A DNA stretch of 64,000 nucleotides from Gemmatimonadaceae bacterium (GCA_036741775.1 DAINRQ010000030.1:477-64476), one strand, 5' to 3'; shown: positions 28,733 to 39,081, counted from the first letter of the stretch. Notes: a model not told the origin generated them from the sequence alone. Numbers and translations are program-made.

Positions 28733-29688
28733 GCCACCACCGGGGGCGGAGCGTCGCGCACCACGCGGCGAATGACGCCGCCCGCCGCAACGAGCGCCCG
28801 CTCGGCCTCGTCGCGTCCAACGCCGAGCTTCTGCATGACGATCGCGGTCTTCACGCTCCGTCCCGATTGAGCGAGCAGCTCGCGCGCCTCCTCGCGCGAG
28901 ACGCCACACACTTCGACGACGATGCGCTCGCTGCGGTCCTTCAACTTCTCGTTCGTCGCCTTGAGATCGACCATCAGGTTGCCGTACGTCTTGCCGATGC
29001 GGATCATTGCACCGGTCGTGATCATGTTCAGGATCATCTTCGTTGCGGTCCCGGCCTTGAGCCGCGTCGAGCCAGTCACCACCTCGGGGCCGACGATCGC
29101 GATGATCGCTTCGTCGACCGTGGCGAGGAGCTTGTCCGAAATGGGCGTGCAGGCGACGATGGCCGTGCGCGCCCCCCGCGCGCGCGCCCGCTCCAGGGCT
29201 CCGTGCACGAACGGCGTGGTGCCTGACGCCGCGATGCCGACGACGATGTCGCGCTCGACGACGGCGTGCTCGTCCATGACGGCAGCACCGCCCGACGGCA
29301 AATCTTCGGCGCCTTCCTGCGCGCGCAGAATGGCTGGGAACCCGCCCGCGATGATCCCCTGCACCATCTCGGGGTCGCTCCCGAACGTCGGCGGACATTC
29401 GCTCGCGTCGAGGACGCCGAGCCGACCCGAGGTGCCGGCACCGACGTAGAAGAGCCGGCCGCCGCGGCGAAACGCGTCCTCGGTCATCGTCACGACGCGT
29501 GCGATGCCGTCGCGTTGCGTCGCGACGGCATCGGCCACCGTGCGATCTTCCGCATTCATCAGGTCAACGATCTCGAGCGCCGAGGCGAGATCGATGTCGG
29601 CTGTGCGCGGATTACGGCGTTCGGTAATGCGCGGGTCGAGCGCCTGACGAGTCACGAAAGAAACGGTGGAAGAGACCGGCGCAGGCAC
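28729..29688 (-). CDS. murQ: N-acetylmuramic acid 6-phosphate etherase
   Basis: TERRNPRTADIDL, LFYVGAGTSGRLGVLDASECPPTFG and IAASGTTPFV. GTG 29655 is an alternative start. Confidence 0.9.
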   Translation of the reverse strand: MPAPVSSTVSFVTRQALDPRITERRNPRTADIDLASALEIVDLMNAEDRTVADAVATQRDGIARVVTMTEDAFRRGGRLFYVGAGTSGRLGVLDASECPPTFGSDPEMVQGIIAGGFPAILRAQEGAEDLPSGGAAVMDEHAVVERDIVVGIAASGTTPFVHGALERARARGARTAIVACTPISDKLLATVDEAIIAIVGPEVVTGSTRLKAGTATKMILNMITTGAMIRIGKTYGNLMVDLKATNEKLKDRSERIVVEVCGVSREEARELLAQSGRSVKTAIVMQKLGVGRDEAERALVAAGGVIRRVVRDAPPPVVA

Positions 29689-29813
29689 ATCGTGCGCGCG
29701 CCGCGCGCGTTCACCGCGCGATCAGAATGGTTCACTGTCGACGTTGCGGAGCGCGGGCTAACTTATGCCCCGCGCGCGAGCGGTGGCAAGCGATCTCACA
29801 ATGGAGCCGTGCG

Positions 29814-31610
29814 ATGACGGGGCGAATGACGACGTTCTCGAGGATGTCCACGTTCACAGCATCGATCTGCCTGGCCATCGTGGTCGCGGCCGGCGGGTGT
29901 CAGTCGGCGGGGACGGGCGGCGGTTCGGGATCGGGCGCCGCGTCGGCAATTCCTACACGCGAGCCTGCATCGTTCCCGTCTGCGTGGCGGTTCACCCCCA
30001 ACGAGCAGGCGACGTTCGCCGCGTCGACAATGATCGCGAGCAACAGCCTGCTCGCCAGTCAGGCCGGCGACGAGATCCTGCGCCAGGGCGGCAACGCCGT
30101 CGACGCAGCGGTCGCGGTCGGCTTCGCACTCGCGGTGACGTTCCCCTATGCCGGCAACCTGGGCGGCGGTGGATACATGGTGATTCGCATGGCGGATGGT
30201 CGTACCGCGGCGGTGGACTACCGCGAGATCGCGCCGCTCGCGTCGACGCGAGACATGTATATCGGGCCGGACGGAAAGCTCACGGACGAGAGCGTTATCG
30301 GGTACAAGGCCTCGGGCGTTCCGGGCGCCGTCGCGGGAATGGCCGCGGCGCTCGCACGCTTCGGCGCGAAATCACTCCGCGAGGTGCTGCAGCCGGCCAT
30401 CCGGCTCGCGGACGAAGGGTTCATCGTCGACAGCGCACTGTTCGAGTCGCTCCGTGAAGATCAGGCGTACATCAGCCGGTTCGACGGGAAGAACGTGTTC
30501 TTCCCGAACGGGCAGCCGCTCCCGCCGGGTACGCGCTTCCGGCAACCGGCGCTCGCCAGGACACTCCGACTCATCGCTGAGCAGGGTCCTGACGCCTTCT
30601 ACAAAGGCGAGGTGGCTGACTCGATCGTCGCCGGGATGCAGCGCGGCGGTGGAATCATCACGAAAGAGGATCTCGCGCGCTACGCGCCGATTATGCGCGA
30701 GCCCATCGTCTCGACGTATCGCGGCTACCGCCTGTTCACCATGCCGCCGTCGTCATCCGGTGGTACGACGATCACCGAGTCGCTCAACATTCTCGAGACG
30801 TTCGACTCGCTCCCTCGGTTCGGTAGCGTGGGATACACACATGCACTGGCCTCTGCGTACCAGCGCGCGTTCATCGATCGCAACTCGAAGCTCGGGGACC
30901 CGGCATTCATTCAGGTGCCGCTCGCGCGGCTGACGAGCAAGGAGTACGCGCGCGAGCTGCGCAAGACGATCGCGCTCGACAGCGCGACGCCAACGCCGAT
31001 GCTCGAGCGCAAGATGCCCGAGCCCGTGCACACCACGCATTACTCCGTGGTGGACGGGTCGGGGAACGCGGTCGCGACCACGACGACGATCAACAACGGC
31101 TACGGGTCGGGGGTGTATCTCACGGGCCCCGGGTTCTTCATGAACGACGAGATGGACGACTTCGCCGCGCAACCGGGCAAGCCGAACATGTTCGGCCTCG
31201 TGCAGGGCGAGCAGAACGCCATCGCACCGGGGAAGCGAATGCTGAGCGCGATGTCGCCGACGATCGTGGTCGATTCTGTCGACAACGTCCTGCTCGTCGT
31301 CGGCGCGGCCGGCGGCCCGCGCATCATCACGGCGACGTCGCAGGTGATCCTGAACGTCATTCAGCATCGGATGTCGCTCGCGGACGCGATGCGCGCGCCG
31401 CGGATCCACCATCAGGCGCTACCGGACACGTTGCGGTACGAGCGCGACGGGCTCGCTCCGGCCGTCGTTGATTCGCTCACGCGAATGGGCTGGGCCGTGG
31501 CTCCGGTCGGCGGCGTGGCCAACGTGAACGCGATCATGCGCGTCCAGGGCGGATGGGTCGGAGTCACGGAGCCTCGGGATAGAGGACCGAGTCGGGCGGC
31601 TGGACACTGA
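29814..31610 (+). CDS. ggt: gamma-glutamyltranspeptidase (lipoprotein signal)
   Basis: Trimmed to ATG 29814 (MTGRMTTFSRMSTFTASICLAIVVAAGGC). GGGGYMVI, HTTHYSVVD (autoprocessing Thr region) and MNDEMDDF. Confidence 0.9.
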   Translation: MTGRMTTFSRMSTFTASICLAIVVAAGGCQSAGTGGGSGSGAASAIPTREPASFPSAWRFTPNEQATFAASTMIASNSLLASQAGDEILRQGGNAVDAAVAVGFALAVTFPYAGNLGGGGYMVIRMADGRTAAVDYREIAPLASTRDMYIGPDGKLTDESVIGYKASGVPGAVAGMAAALARFGAKSLREVLQPAIRLADEGFIVDSALFESLREDQAYISRFDGKNVFFPNGQPLPPGTRFRQPALARTLRLIAEQGPDAFYKGEVADSIVAGMQRGGGIITKEDLARYAPIMREPIVSTYRGYRLFTMPPSSSGGTTITESLNILETFDSLPRFGSVGYTHALASAYQRAFIDRNSKLGDPAFIQVPLARLTSKEYARELRKTIALDSATPTPMLERKMPEPVHTTHYSVVDGSGNAVATTTTINNGYGSGVYLTGPGFFMNDEMDDFAAQPGKPNMFGLVQGEQNAIAPGKRMLSAMSPTIVVDSVDNVLLVVGAAGGPRIITATSQVILNVIQHRMSLADAMRAPRIHHQALPDTLRYERDGLAPAVVDSLTRMGWAVAPVGGVANVNAIMRVQGGWVGVTEPRDRGPSRAAGH

Positions 31611-31630
31611 AGCAGGACTACAGGAACTAC

Positions 31631-31812
31631 GCTGGTCGCTGTTAGCTGGAACTGGTTGACGCAAACAGCGTCCAACTGCGCTGCAGGGTGAAAAAGGATA
31701 ACCCTCGGGAGGCCCTCGCTATCGTAGAGAGGCTTCCCGAGGGTTCTCGCTTTCACACCCTGCAGCTACCAGCACCAGCTAACAGCGACCAGCGCTGGTT
31801 GCGCTGGTTGCG
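31631..31812. repeat. long imperfect palindrome built from 7-nt periodic words (family 2)
   Basis: gctggtcgctgttagctgg (31631..31649) pairs with ccagctaacagcgaccagc (31775..31793). Inner pairs are ctgcagggtg/caccctgcag and aaccctcgggaggcc/ggcttcccgagggtt. The left arm reads GCTGGTC GCTGTTA GCTGGAA CTGGTTG; the right arm reads CAGCTAC CAGCAC CAGCTAA CAGCGAC CAGCGCT, followed by gcgctggtt x2. Lies between convergent ggt and a lipoprotein gene. Confidence 0.75.
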
Positions 31813-31822
31813 GTCATTCCCG

Positions 31823-32707
31823 TTAGGCTGCCGCCCGAATCGTGAGCGGCGAGGTGAGCGTGATGACGATACGGCCACCGTTGTTCACGCAGCCGTCGTA
31901 GTTCGCCGTCGCGGCGGCGGCGGCGGTACCTGCCGCAGCACCCGTCGCGGCGCCGATCACGGTGCCCTTCGTGTCCTTGCCGATCACCTGGCCGATCACC
32001 GCACCGATCACCGCACCGCCGATCACCTTCTTCGCGTCGTCGCCGCGCGTTGCGCCACGCACGCGATCGACCGCGGCCGAAGTGACGTCGGCATCCACGT
32101 TGTAGGTGTTACCGCCGAACTGGATGCTGCGAACGGCAAAGCCCATCTCGATGTTGTCGTTCGCGTTCTCACTTCTCTTGAGCTTCGTCAACTCGATGAC
32201 GGCGGTCGCGCCGGCCGGGATCACTGCGCCGTTCGTGCCCGTTACCGACTCGTTCAGCGTCGCGGTGAATCGGTCGCCGACCTTGTTCGTGTTCGTGCAA
32301 ACCTTCTGGCCGGACGAGAACGTCAGCGTCGTGCCGGACGCGATCATGCCGACATCGCCGCCGGAGCTCTTCTCACCGGTGGTTACCGTGTTGCCCGAAG
32401 GCGTGCGCACCGGCTCGTCGGTCTTCGGCGCCGGAGCCTTGGGAGCCGGCGCCTTTGGACGCGACGGCGTCGTGGGTCGCGGACGCACAGGCGTCGGCGT
32501 CGCCGCCGGGGGTGGCGACTCGGCGGGAACGTCACTCAACTGCGGCTGTGCCGCGGTGTCCCCCTGCGCCATCTGCAGATCGCGGTTCAGCGCGGAATCC
32601 TGCGCCAGCGCCGTGTCGGTATCGTCTCCACCAGTGCCACACGCCGCGGTCAGCAGCGCAAGCGAGAGCGCCAACGGCGTCCCGATGCGGCGGATATATT
32701 CTGACAT
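31823..32707 (-). CDS. lipoprotein with Pro-rich linker and C-terminal glycine-zipper segment
   Basis: Lipobox LLTAAC, PPPAATPTPVRPRPTTPSRPKAPAPKAPAPK linker, and GGAVIGAVIGQVIGKDTKGTVIGAATGAAAG. Confidence 0.65.
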   Translation of the reverse strand: MSEYIRRIGTPLALSLALLTAACGTGGDDTDTALAQDSALNRDLQMAQGDTAAQPQLSDVPAESPPPAATPTPVRPRPTTPSRPKAPAPKAPAPKTDEPVRTPSGNTVTTGEKSSGGDVGMIASGTTLTFSSGQKVCTNTNKVGDRFTATLNESVTGTNGAVIPAGATAVIELTKLKRSENANDNIEMGFAVRSIQFGGNTYNVDADVTSAAVDRVRGATRGDDAKKVIGGAVIGAVIGQVIGKDTKGTVIGAATGAAAGTAAAAATANYDGCVNNGGRIVITLTSPLTIRAAA

Positions 32708-32791
32708 TTCGTTGCCTCCGATTTGGTGCCGAGAGTCGTACCACTTCGGCTGAGAAAGGTGCCTTCAGCAGGGATAGGGCGGGCAATCCAT

Positions 32792-34585
32792 ATGCCAACC
32801 ATGGGGGCGCTCGGACGGCTCCTGCCATACTACCGGCCGTATCGCTGGCAAGTCATTGCAGGACTTGCGCTTGTGGTGCTTTCGTCGGCGCTCACGAGCG
32901 TCACGCCGTGGCTTCTTCGCCTGGCGCTCGATGCCATCGGTTCGGACGGTCCTGCTCTCCGAATCTGGACGCTCGCGGGCGCCATGGTCGGCGTCGCTCT
33001 CGTAGCCGGGTTGTTTCGCTATGGGATGCGTGAGCTCATCAATGGCCTCAGTCGACGAATCGAATATGACCTCCGCAACGACCTCTTCTCTCATCTGATG
33101 ACGCTCGACGCGGGCTTCTTTGCACGTACCCGCACGGGCGACATCATGGCGCGGCTGACGAACGACCTCAGTGCTGTGCGCCAGGCTGCGGGCCCGGCCA
33201 TAATGTACCTCACCAATACGATCGCCGGTGGGATTTTCGCGCTGTACTTCATGTTACGAATCGACGAGCGCCTGACGCTGTTGGCCCTTACGCCAATGGT
33301 GCTACTCCCGGTGCTGACTATCTGGTTGGGCCGCGCTATCCACGTGCGATTCGAGGCCGTGCAGGAGCACTTCAGCACGCTGACGACGCGCGCGCAGGAG
33401 AATCTCGCGGGGGCGCGTATCGTCCGTGCCTACCGGCAGGAACACGCGGAGCTCGAGCGGTTCGGCCGACTGAACGAGGAGTATCTCGAGAGGAACATGC
33501 AACTCGTCCGGCTCTACGGGCTCATGAATCCGGCATTCGGTCTTCTCGCGGGGCTCGGTGCGGTTACGGTCCTCGGGGTTGGTGGAACGCTCGCGCTCCG
33601 CGGAACGATCTCGGTGGGCTCGTTCGTCGCGTTCGGACTGTATCTGGGCATGCTGACCTGGCCGCTCATTGCGTTAGGCTGGGTGGTGAACCTGTTTCAG
33701 CGCGGGGCAGCGTCGATGGCCCGCCTCGTGGAGATCCTCGACCGTGCTCCGGTGGTGAGCGACCCCCCAGCTGCCGTGGTGCTTGCCGACGCGCCGGCCG
33801 GCCGGTCGGTGGAGTTTCGTCGTGTTGGCTTCCATTACCCCGCGGCACTGGATACCACGCCGCGATGGGTGCTCCGCGACATCTCGTTTCGGATCGACGC
33901 CGGGCAGACGCTCGCCGTCGTCGGCGCGACGGGCAGCGGTAAGAGCGCCCTGCTGGAGCTCCTGGCGCGCGTGTACGACCCGCAGGAAGGCGAGATCCTG
34001 GTCGACGGTGTGCCGATTTCGGCGCTCCTGCTCGCGGAGCTGCGGCGTGAGATCGGGTTCGTGCCGCAGGAGAGCGTGCTCTTCAGCGAGACCATTCGCG
34101 ACAATCTGACGTACGGCACCGATGACGAAGCGTCGGCGGAGTGGGCAGCACGCATCGCCCAGCTCGACGCGACGATCAACGCGTTCCCCGGCGGCTACGG
34201 CACGATGCTCGGCGAGCGCGGGATCAACCTGTCGGGCGGTCAGAAGCAGCGCGCGTCGCTCGCCCGCGCGCTGGCGCGGCGCCCGTCCATCGTCGTGCTC
34301 GACGACGCGCTGTCGGCGGTCGACACCCATACGGAGGCGGACATTCTCCGCGGGTTGCGGGACGCCCTCCGCGGCCGAACGGCAATCATCGCATCACACC
34401 GTATCAGTGCCGTCCGCGACGCGCACTGGATCATCGTGCTGGATGAAGGGCGGATTGTGGAGCAGGGGCGTCACGCCGACCTTATCGCGGCGGGCGGCCG
34501 GTACTGGACGCTGCTGCGCCGCCAGCAGCTCGAGGACGCCATCGAGGACGAGCCGGTCGCTGCGCCAGGGCTGGCCGCGGGCTGA
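32792..34585 (+). CDS. ABC transporter, fused permease/ATP-binding exporter (MsbA/MdlB-like)
   Basis: Trimmed to ATG 32792. Six-TM region, then Walker A GATGSGKS, signature LSGGQKQRASLARAL and Walker B IVVLDDA. Confidence 0.9.
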   Translation: MPTMGALGRLLPYYRPYRWQVIAGLALVVLSSALTSVTPWLLRLALDAIGSDGPALRIWTLAGAMVGVALVAGLFRYGMRELINGLSRRIEYDLRNDLFSHLMTLDAGFFARTRTGDIMARLTNDLSAVRQAAGPAIMYLTNTIAGGIFALYFMLRIDERLTLLALTPMVLLPVLTIWLGRAIHVRFEAVQEHFSTLTTRAQENLAGARIVRAYRQEHAELERFGRLNEEYLERNMQLVRLYGLMNPAFGLLAGLGAVTVLGVGGTLALRGTISVGSFVAFGLYLGMLTWPLIALGWVVNLFQRGAASMARLVEILDRAPVVSDPPAAVVLADAPAGRSVEFRRVGFHYPAALDTTPRWVLRDISFRIDAGQTLAVVGATGSGKSALLELLARVYDPQEGEILVDGVPISALLLAELRREIGFVPQESVLFSETIRDNLTYGTDDEASAEWAARIAQLDATINAFPGGYGTMLGERGINLSGGQKQRASLARALARRPSIVVLDDALSAVDTHTEADILRGLRDALRGRTAIIASHRISAVRDAHWIIVLDEGRIVEQGRHADLIAAGGRYWTLLRRQQLEDAIEDEPVAAPGLAAG

Positions 34586-34607
34586 GCGGGCACGGTACAA
34601 TTCGGCC

Positions 34608-35420
34608 ATGAATCCCGTCGATTCGACGACGACCGCGGAGTTCCGCATTGCGCGCCTCGAGGAGGCGCTCAATGAGGCCGCGCAGGTCAACGCCGAGCTC
34701 CAGTCGCGCGACGCGCTCAAGACGCAGTTTCTCGCGAACATCTCGCACGACCTCCGCACGCCGCTGACCGCGATCATCACGCACGCGGAGATCCTTCGCG
34801 ACGGGATTCTTGGCCCCCTGTCGGAGCGCCAGCGCGAGAGTGTCACGAGCATCATCAGCGGCGGCCGGCAGCTGCTCGAGGCGGTAGGTGAGATTCTCAC
34901 CTACGCCCGCGGAGCAGCCAATCAGCTCACGGTCTCGCCGAGCGAGTTCCACATCGGGGCGGTCATCGCGCAGGTGTCGGCGCTCAACGAGCCGCTCATC
35001 GCGAAGAAGGGCCTTACGCTGAGCGTCGAGGTTCCGGACGAGGTCCCGACACTCGTCGCCGATCGCGAGCAGGTGATGCACGTCATCAGCAACCTGCTCG
35101 GCAACGCGATCGCGTTCACGCCGTCAGGGGGTCGCGTGTGGGTTGCGGTCGCGTGCGTGTCCGAGGACACTTCGCGCTCGGTGCGCGTCGAGGTCGGCGA
35201 CACGGGGATCGGCATCGCGCCCGAGCATCATGACCTCGTGTTCCGCGAGTTCGCGCAGGTGGACCCGTCGCCGTCGCGGCGGCATCACGGTACAGGTCTC
35301 GGGTTGACGATCGCGCGCCGTCTCGTGGAGTTGAACGGCGGGCGGATCTGGGTGGAGAGCAAGCTCGGACACGGCAGCCGATTCTTCTTCTCCCTCCCGG
35401 CCGGCTCGAGCACCCGCTGA
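34608..35420 (+). CDS. cytoplasmic histidine kinase without a recognisable sensor domain
   Basis: ATG 34608 (MNPVDSTT...). H-box ISHDLRTPLTAI; LLGNAIAFT, DTGIGI and GTGLGLTI. The track ORF 34122.. is extended out of frame over the ABC gene. Confidence 0.85.
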   Translation: MNPVDSTTTAEFRIARLEEALNEAAQVNAELQSRDALKTQFLANISHDLRTPLTAIITHAEILRDGILGPLSERQRESVTSIISGGRQLLEAVGEILTYARGAANQLTVSPSEFHIGAVIAQVSALNEPLIAKKGLTLSVEVPDEVPTLVADREQVMHVISNLLGNAIAFTPSGGRVWVAVACVSEDTSRSVRVEVGDTGIGIAPEHHDLVFREFAQVDPSPSRRHHGTGLGLTIARRLVELNGGRIWVESKLGHGSRFFFSLPAGSSTR

Positions 35421-35795
35421 GTGGTGGAGGGGCGCGCGCACGTCCTCATTGTCGACGACAGCGCACTCGTCACGGACGCCCTCCGGCTCCTGTTCGAGGA
35501 AAGCGGGTATGATGTGTCGGTGGCGGGGTCGGTGCGCGAGGCGGTGGATGCAGGCGTGGCGCGCGCGGTGGATGTGATGCTTCTGGACCTCACGCTTCCC
35601 GACGGTGACGGGCTCGTCGCGCTGACGGACCTGCGAGAGCGAGGAGTCGAGCCTCGGGTGACTGCGGCGCTGACGGGGCATGAGGCCGCCGAGGTCACGG
35701 TGCGTTGTGTCGCGGCGGGGTGTCAGGCGGTGCTCGTGAAACCGGTGCCCATTGCGGACCTTCTGAAGCAGGTCCGCGAATGGACGGCCCGGTGA
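35421..35795 (+). CDS. single-domain response regulator
   Basis: VLIVDDSALV...LDLTLPDGDG...VKP. The GTG start abuts the kinase TGA. Confidence 0.85.
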   Translation: MVEGRAHVLIVDDSALVTDALRLLFEESGYDVSVAGSVREAVDAGVARAVDVMLLDLTLPDGDGLVALTDLRERGVEPRVTAALTGHEAAEVTVRCVAAGCQAVLVKPVPIADLLKQVREWTAR

Positions 35796-35828
35796 CCGTC
35801 CCCGCGCCGTTCGCACTTCGCCGTTCGC

Positions 35829-36554
35829 CTAAATCCGATCCCGAATAACGTCCGGCGTCAACTGCTGCAGGTACGTTGCGAGAATCGTGAAGTAGTTCGT
35901 GACCATGAGGATGCCCACCGCGATCATCAGCACGCCGGATGCTCGCGTGACCCACACCATCTGCCGCTTCATGCGCGTGAAGAAATCGAGGAACCGCTCG
36001 ACCGCCACGGCCGACACGAGGAACGGCACCGCAAGGCCAAGGGAGTACGCAAGCAGCAGCCAGAGGCCACGCGACAGGTCCGCGGCGCTTGCCGCGTACG
36101 TGAGAATGGAGCCGAGGATGGGGCCAATGCACGGCGTCCACCCGGCGCCGAACGCAATGCCCACGAGCAGTGTACCCAGGTAGCCGACGGGCTTATCGGC
36201 GATGTGCACGCGTCGCTCGCGAGAGAATAACGACACGTTGAACACCCCGAGCATGTAGAGCCCGAACACGATGATGAGGACCCCACCAATGCGGCTGATC
36301 CAGGCGCGTTGGTAGCCCAGGAGTTGCCCCAGCGCCGTTGCGGTGGCGCCGAGGGCAACGAAGATGATGGTGAACCCGAGGATGAAGAGGAGCGAGTGCA
36401 CGAGGGCCGTGCGACGGGCGTGGCCGACGTCCTCGAGGCTCAGCCCCGTGATGAACGTGACGTAGCTCGGGATGAGGGGAAGCACGCAAGGAGAGAGGAA
36501 GCTCAGCAACCCGGCCGTGAACGCGAGCGCAATGCCTACTGACGCACCTTCCAT
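35829..36554 (-). CDS. ccdA: cytochrome c biogenesis / thiol-disulfide transfer membrane protein CcdA (DsbD TM family)
   Basis: LSFLSPCVLPLIPSY and GAGWTPCIGPILG motifs in a polytopic membrane protein. Confidence 0.85.
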   Translation of the reverse strand: MEGASVGIALAFTAGLLSFLSPCVLPLIPSYVTFITGLSLEDVGHARRTALVHSLLFILGFTIIFVALGATATALGQLLGYQRAWISRIGGVLIIVFGLYMLGVFNVSLFSRERRVHIADKPVGYLGTLLVGIAFGAGWTPCIGPILGSILTYAASAADLSRGLWLLLAYSLGLAVPFLVSAVAVERFLDFFTRMKRQMVWVTRASGVLMIAVGILMVTNYFTILATYLQQLTPDVIRDRI

Positions 36555-38361
36555 GTCCTCTCCTGTGGGCGAGCGCCGGAAACGCCCGCGTGCCGGGCGG
36601 CTCCTGCGCTGGTATTACGCTGTAAAGTATCGGCCGTTTCGCCGGGAGCGGCGAGCGCACGACGGCCGGCGCGGACTCATCGCCCTCCAGATCGACGCCC
36701 TCGCCTACGCCGACCTGCGCCGGGCGATGGAGTTGGGGTATACACCGACCCTGTCGCGGCTCGTCAACCAGGAGGACTTCACCCTCCGTCGCTGGTTTTG
36801 CGGGCTGCCGTCCGCGACGCCGTACTGCCAGGCCGGGATCTTCCACGGGGAAAACGACGGGATTCCGGCGTTCCGCTTCTACGATAAAGCGGCGCGGCGG
36901 GTCGTGACGTGCAACGCGCCGGAGGGAGTGCAATATATCCGCGACCGAATCCAGTCGCCGGGCGCACTCGCCGGGGGGTCGAGCTACGTCAACCTCCTCG
37001 ATGGCGACGCGTCCACGGTCGCGTTCACGGTCGCGACGCGCGAGCGCATGTCCGTCTATCGTCGCCTTGGCGGAACGCGGATGGCGCTGCTCATTCTCCT
37101 GCATCCACTGCGCGTCGTCCGCATGCTGCTGCAGGGCGCGGGCGAATGGCTGCGAGAGGAGTGGGAGCGTGCGCGAGGCGAGTGGGCGGGCCGGGTGACC
37201 CACGCTGAAGGGATTTTCCCATTCCTCCGGATCTTCACGAACGTAGTCGTACGCGAGCTCCAGACGATCGCCATTCTGCTCGACGTGTACCTCGGCGTCC
37301 CGGTCATCTACAGCACGTTCATGCAGTACGACGAGCTCGCCCACCACTTCGGATCCACCAGCCGGTTCGCGCTCGCCGATCTGCGGCGGACGGACGCGCG
37401 CATTGGTGAGATCGTGCGCATGGCGCAGGCGGCGGGCGGGCGCGGCTACGACATCGTCGTGTTGAGCGACCACGGGATGACGCCGTCGGTCAGCTACCGC
37501 GTGCGGTTCAAGGAGTCGCTCGCAACGACGGTGCAACGCATTCTCGATGGCGACGCCTTCAAGACGGGGGAGATGCCGATTCGGTCGCTCGCGAGCTTCG
37601 CGGAGTCGAGCGAGTACGCCGACGTCGGGGCGCGCGTGGTGGACTCCGTGGCCGGCGCTACCCGTTCGCGCTCGCTGGGCCGGACGCTCCGTCGGCTTGG
37701 GGGCTGGGTGAGGTCGCGCTACGGACTTCGTGAGCTCGTTCTCCCGGAGAAGTACCGTGTGGACGCGCGCCACGGGGTGGTCGTGACGTACAGCTCGTGC
37801 CTCGCGCTGCTCTACTTCGCTGACGACGAGGCGCGGCTCACGCTGGAGGACATCGCCCGGAGCGGGCGGCGCGCGGTGTTGTACGACGCACTCCGCGAGC
37901 ACCAGGGGATCGGGCTCCTCGCCGCGCTCGACGCCCACGGCGTGCACGTGCAGAGCCGTACCGGCCGAGCGCGCATCGTGGGCGGCGACGTGACCGTGCT
38001 CGAGGGCGAAAATCCGCTGGCGCCGTATGGCACCGACGCGCTGACCGCACGGGCCGTCGAGGCGCTCGTCAGGCAACCGAATGCGGGGGACCTCGTCCTC
38101 TTCGGCGCGTACGACGGCTACGAGATCATCTCGTTCGACGACCAGGTGGGCGCGCACGGGTCCGCCGGCGGCGACCAGGTGTGGCCGTTCCTCATCGCGC
38201 CGCCATCGTTAGGCGTCGGCGGCGAGCGCATCGACAATGCCCGCGACATTCACCGCGTGATCATGCGGCCGTACGCCCGAGATCCCGTTCCGCCCGCCGC
38301 GCCGGAATCGGCCGAGCCGGACCTGCCCGACGACGTCGTCGAATCTGCTCGGGGAGGCTGA
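36553..38361 (+). CDS. alkaline-phosphatase-superfamily protein (type I phosphodiesterase/nucleotide pyrophosphatase-like)
   Basis: IALQIDALAY...PSATPYCQAGIFHG...YDIVVLSDHGMTPS...GAHGSAGG. Start uncertain: ATG 36553, or GTG 36565. Confidence 0.55.
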   Translation: MSSPVGERRKRPRAGRLLRWYYAVKYRPFRRERRAHDGRRGLIALQIDALAYADLRRAMELGYTPTLSRLVNQEDFTLRRWFCGLPSATPYCQAGIFHGENDGIPAFRFYDKAARRVVTCNAPEGVQYIRDRIQSPGALAGGSSYVNLLDGDASTVAFTVATRERMSVYRRLGGTRMALLILLHPLRVVRMLLQGAGEWLREEWERARGEWAGRVTHAEGIFPFLRIFTNVVVRELQTIAILLDVYLGVPVIYSTFMQYDELAHHFGSTSRFALADLRRTDARIGEIVRMAQAAGGRGYDIVVLSDHGMTPSVSYRVRFKESLATTVQRILDGDAFKTGEMPIRSLASFAESSEYADVGARVVDSVAGATRSRSLGRTLRRLGGWVRSRYGLRELVLPEKYRVDARHGVVVTYSSCLALLYFADDEARLTLEDIARSGRRAVLYDALREHQGIGLLAALDAHGVHVQSRTGRARIVGGDVTVLEGENPLAPYGTDALTARAVEALVRQPNAGDLVLFGAYDGYEIISFDDQVGAHGSAGGDQVWPFLIAPPSLGVGGERIDNARDIHRVIMRPYARDPVPPAAPESAEPDLPDDVVESARGG

Positions 38362-38394
38362 CCCGCCGGCCCACCGCGGTGTCAGCATGGCTCG

Positions 38395-39081
38395 TCAGCG
38401 TTCCAGCGTCGCGAGCGGCGCCTCGAGTGCGTCGCGAAACGCATCGCCATTCAGGCGGTCAGGCTCGGCCCCTTCGCCCGCGCGACGCTGTACGCCCCGC
38501 ACGACCGCGTCCACAGCCGAGAGCGGTGCGTCCGCTTCCGCAACCACGTCAACCTCCCACTTGCCGCGGTCCACGCCTTTGAGCGTGAGCCGATAGCGCG
38601 CCGTGTGTACCGTGAGGCGGACATGCGCTACCGGCTCGGCTTGCACGCTCGCGTCAACGACGTCCACGGTCTCGACGACCTCCGCCACGGCGTCAGTCTC
38701 GACCGGCACATCGGTCGCGATGGCGTCTGCCTCTATGGCATCACCCGATGTGGCATCGGCTTCGACCACCGTGTCGGCATCCGGAGCGACGTCAGACAGC
38801 ATCTCCTCCTGCGCCGCGAATGCCTCGGCCTCCGGAGAGTCCGCCGCCAGGGCCGGCGCGAATTCAGGATCGATGTACGTCGCGTCGCTCGCCGATGGCG
38901 CCTCCGTACCGTTCGCCGCCGCGGGGCTCGCGTCGAGCACTAACGGCTGCTCCGCGACGACCGCTACCCCGGTCTCCACACCACCCTGACGGATGGCCGG
39001 GAACAGGTGCACTTCGACCACCCGCTCCTTCGGCACTCGCTCGGCGATCGCGCGCAGGAAACGCTGTTGTGTCTCGGTCAT
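38395..39081 (-). CDS. hypothetical protein with an acidic Ala/Asp/Glu/Val-rich low-complexity centre
   Basis: High GC3 frame. ATG 39081 overlaps the upstream stop (ATGA). No family recognised. Confidence 0.6.
   Translation of the reverse strand: MTETQQRFLRAIAERVPKERVVEVHLFPAIRQGGVETGVAVVAEQPLVLDASPAAANGTEAPSASDATYIDPEFAPALAADSPEAEAFAAQEEMLSDVAPDADTVVEADATSGDAIEADAIATDVPVETDAVAEVVETVDVVDASVQAEPVAHVRLTVHTARYRLTLKGVDRGKWEVDVVAEADAPLSAVDAVVRGVQRRAGEGAEPDRLNGDAFRDALEAPLATLER

Noticed and set aside
27581-29398. 605-aa ORF covering anmK plus most of murQ
   Set aside because: The N-terminal 220 residues are Arg/His-rich noise overlapping murQ in another frame. The AnmK homology begins at GTG 28732, which overlaps the murQ stop.
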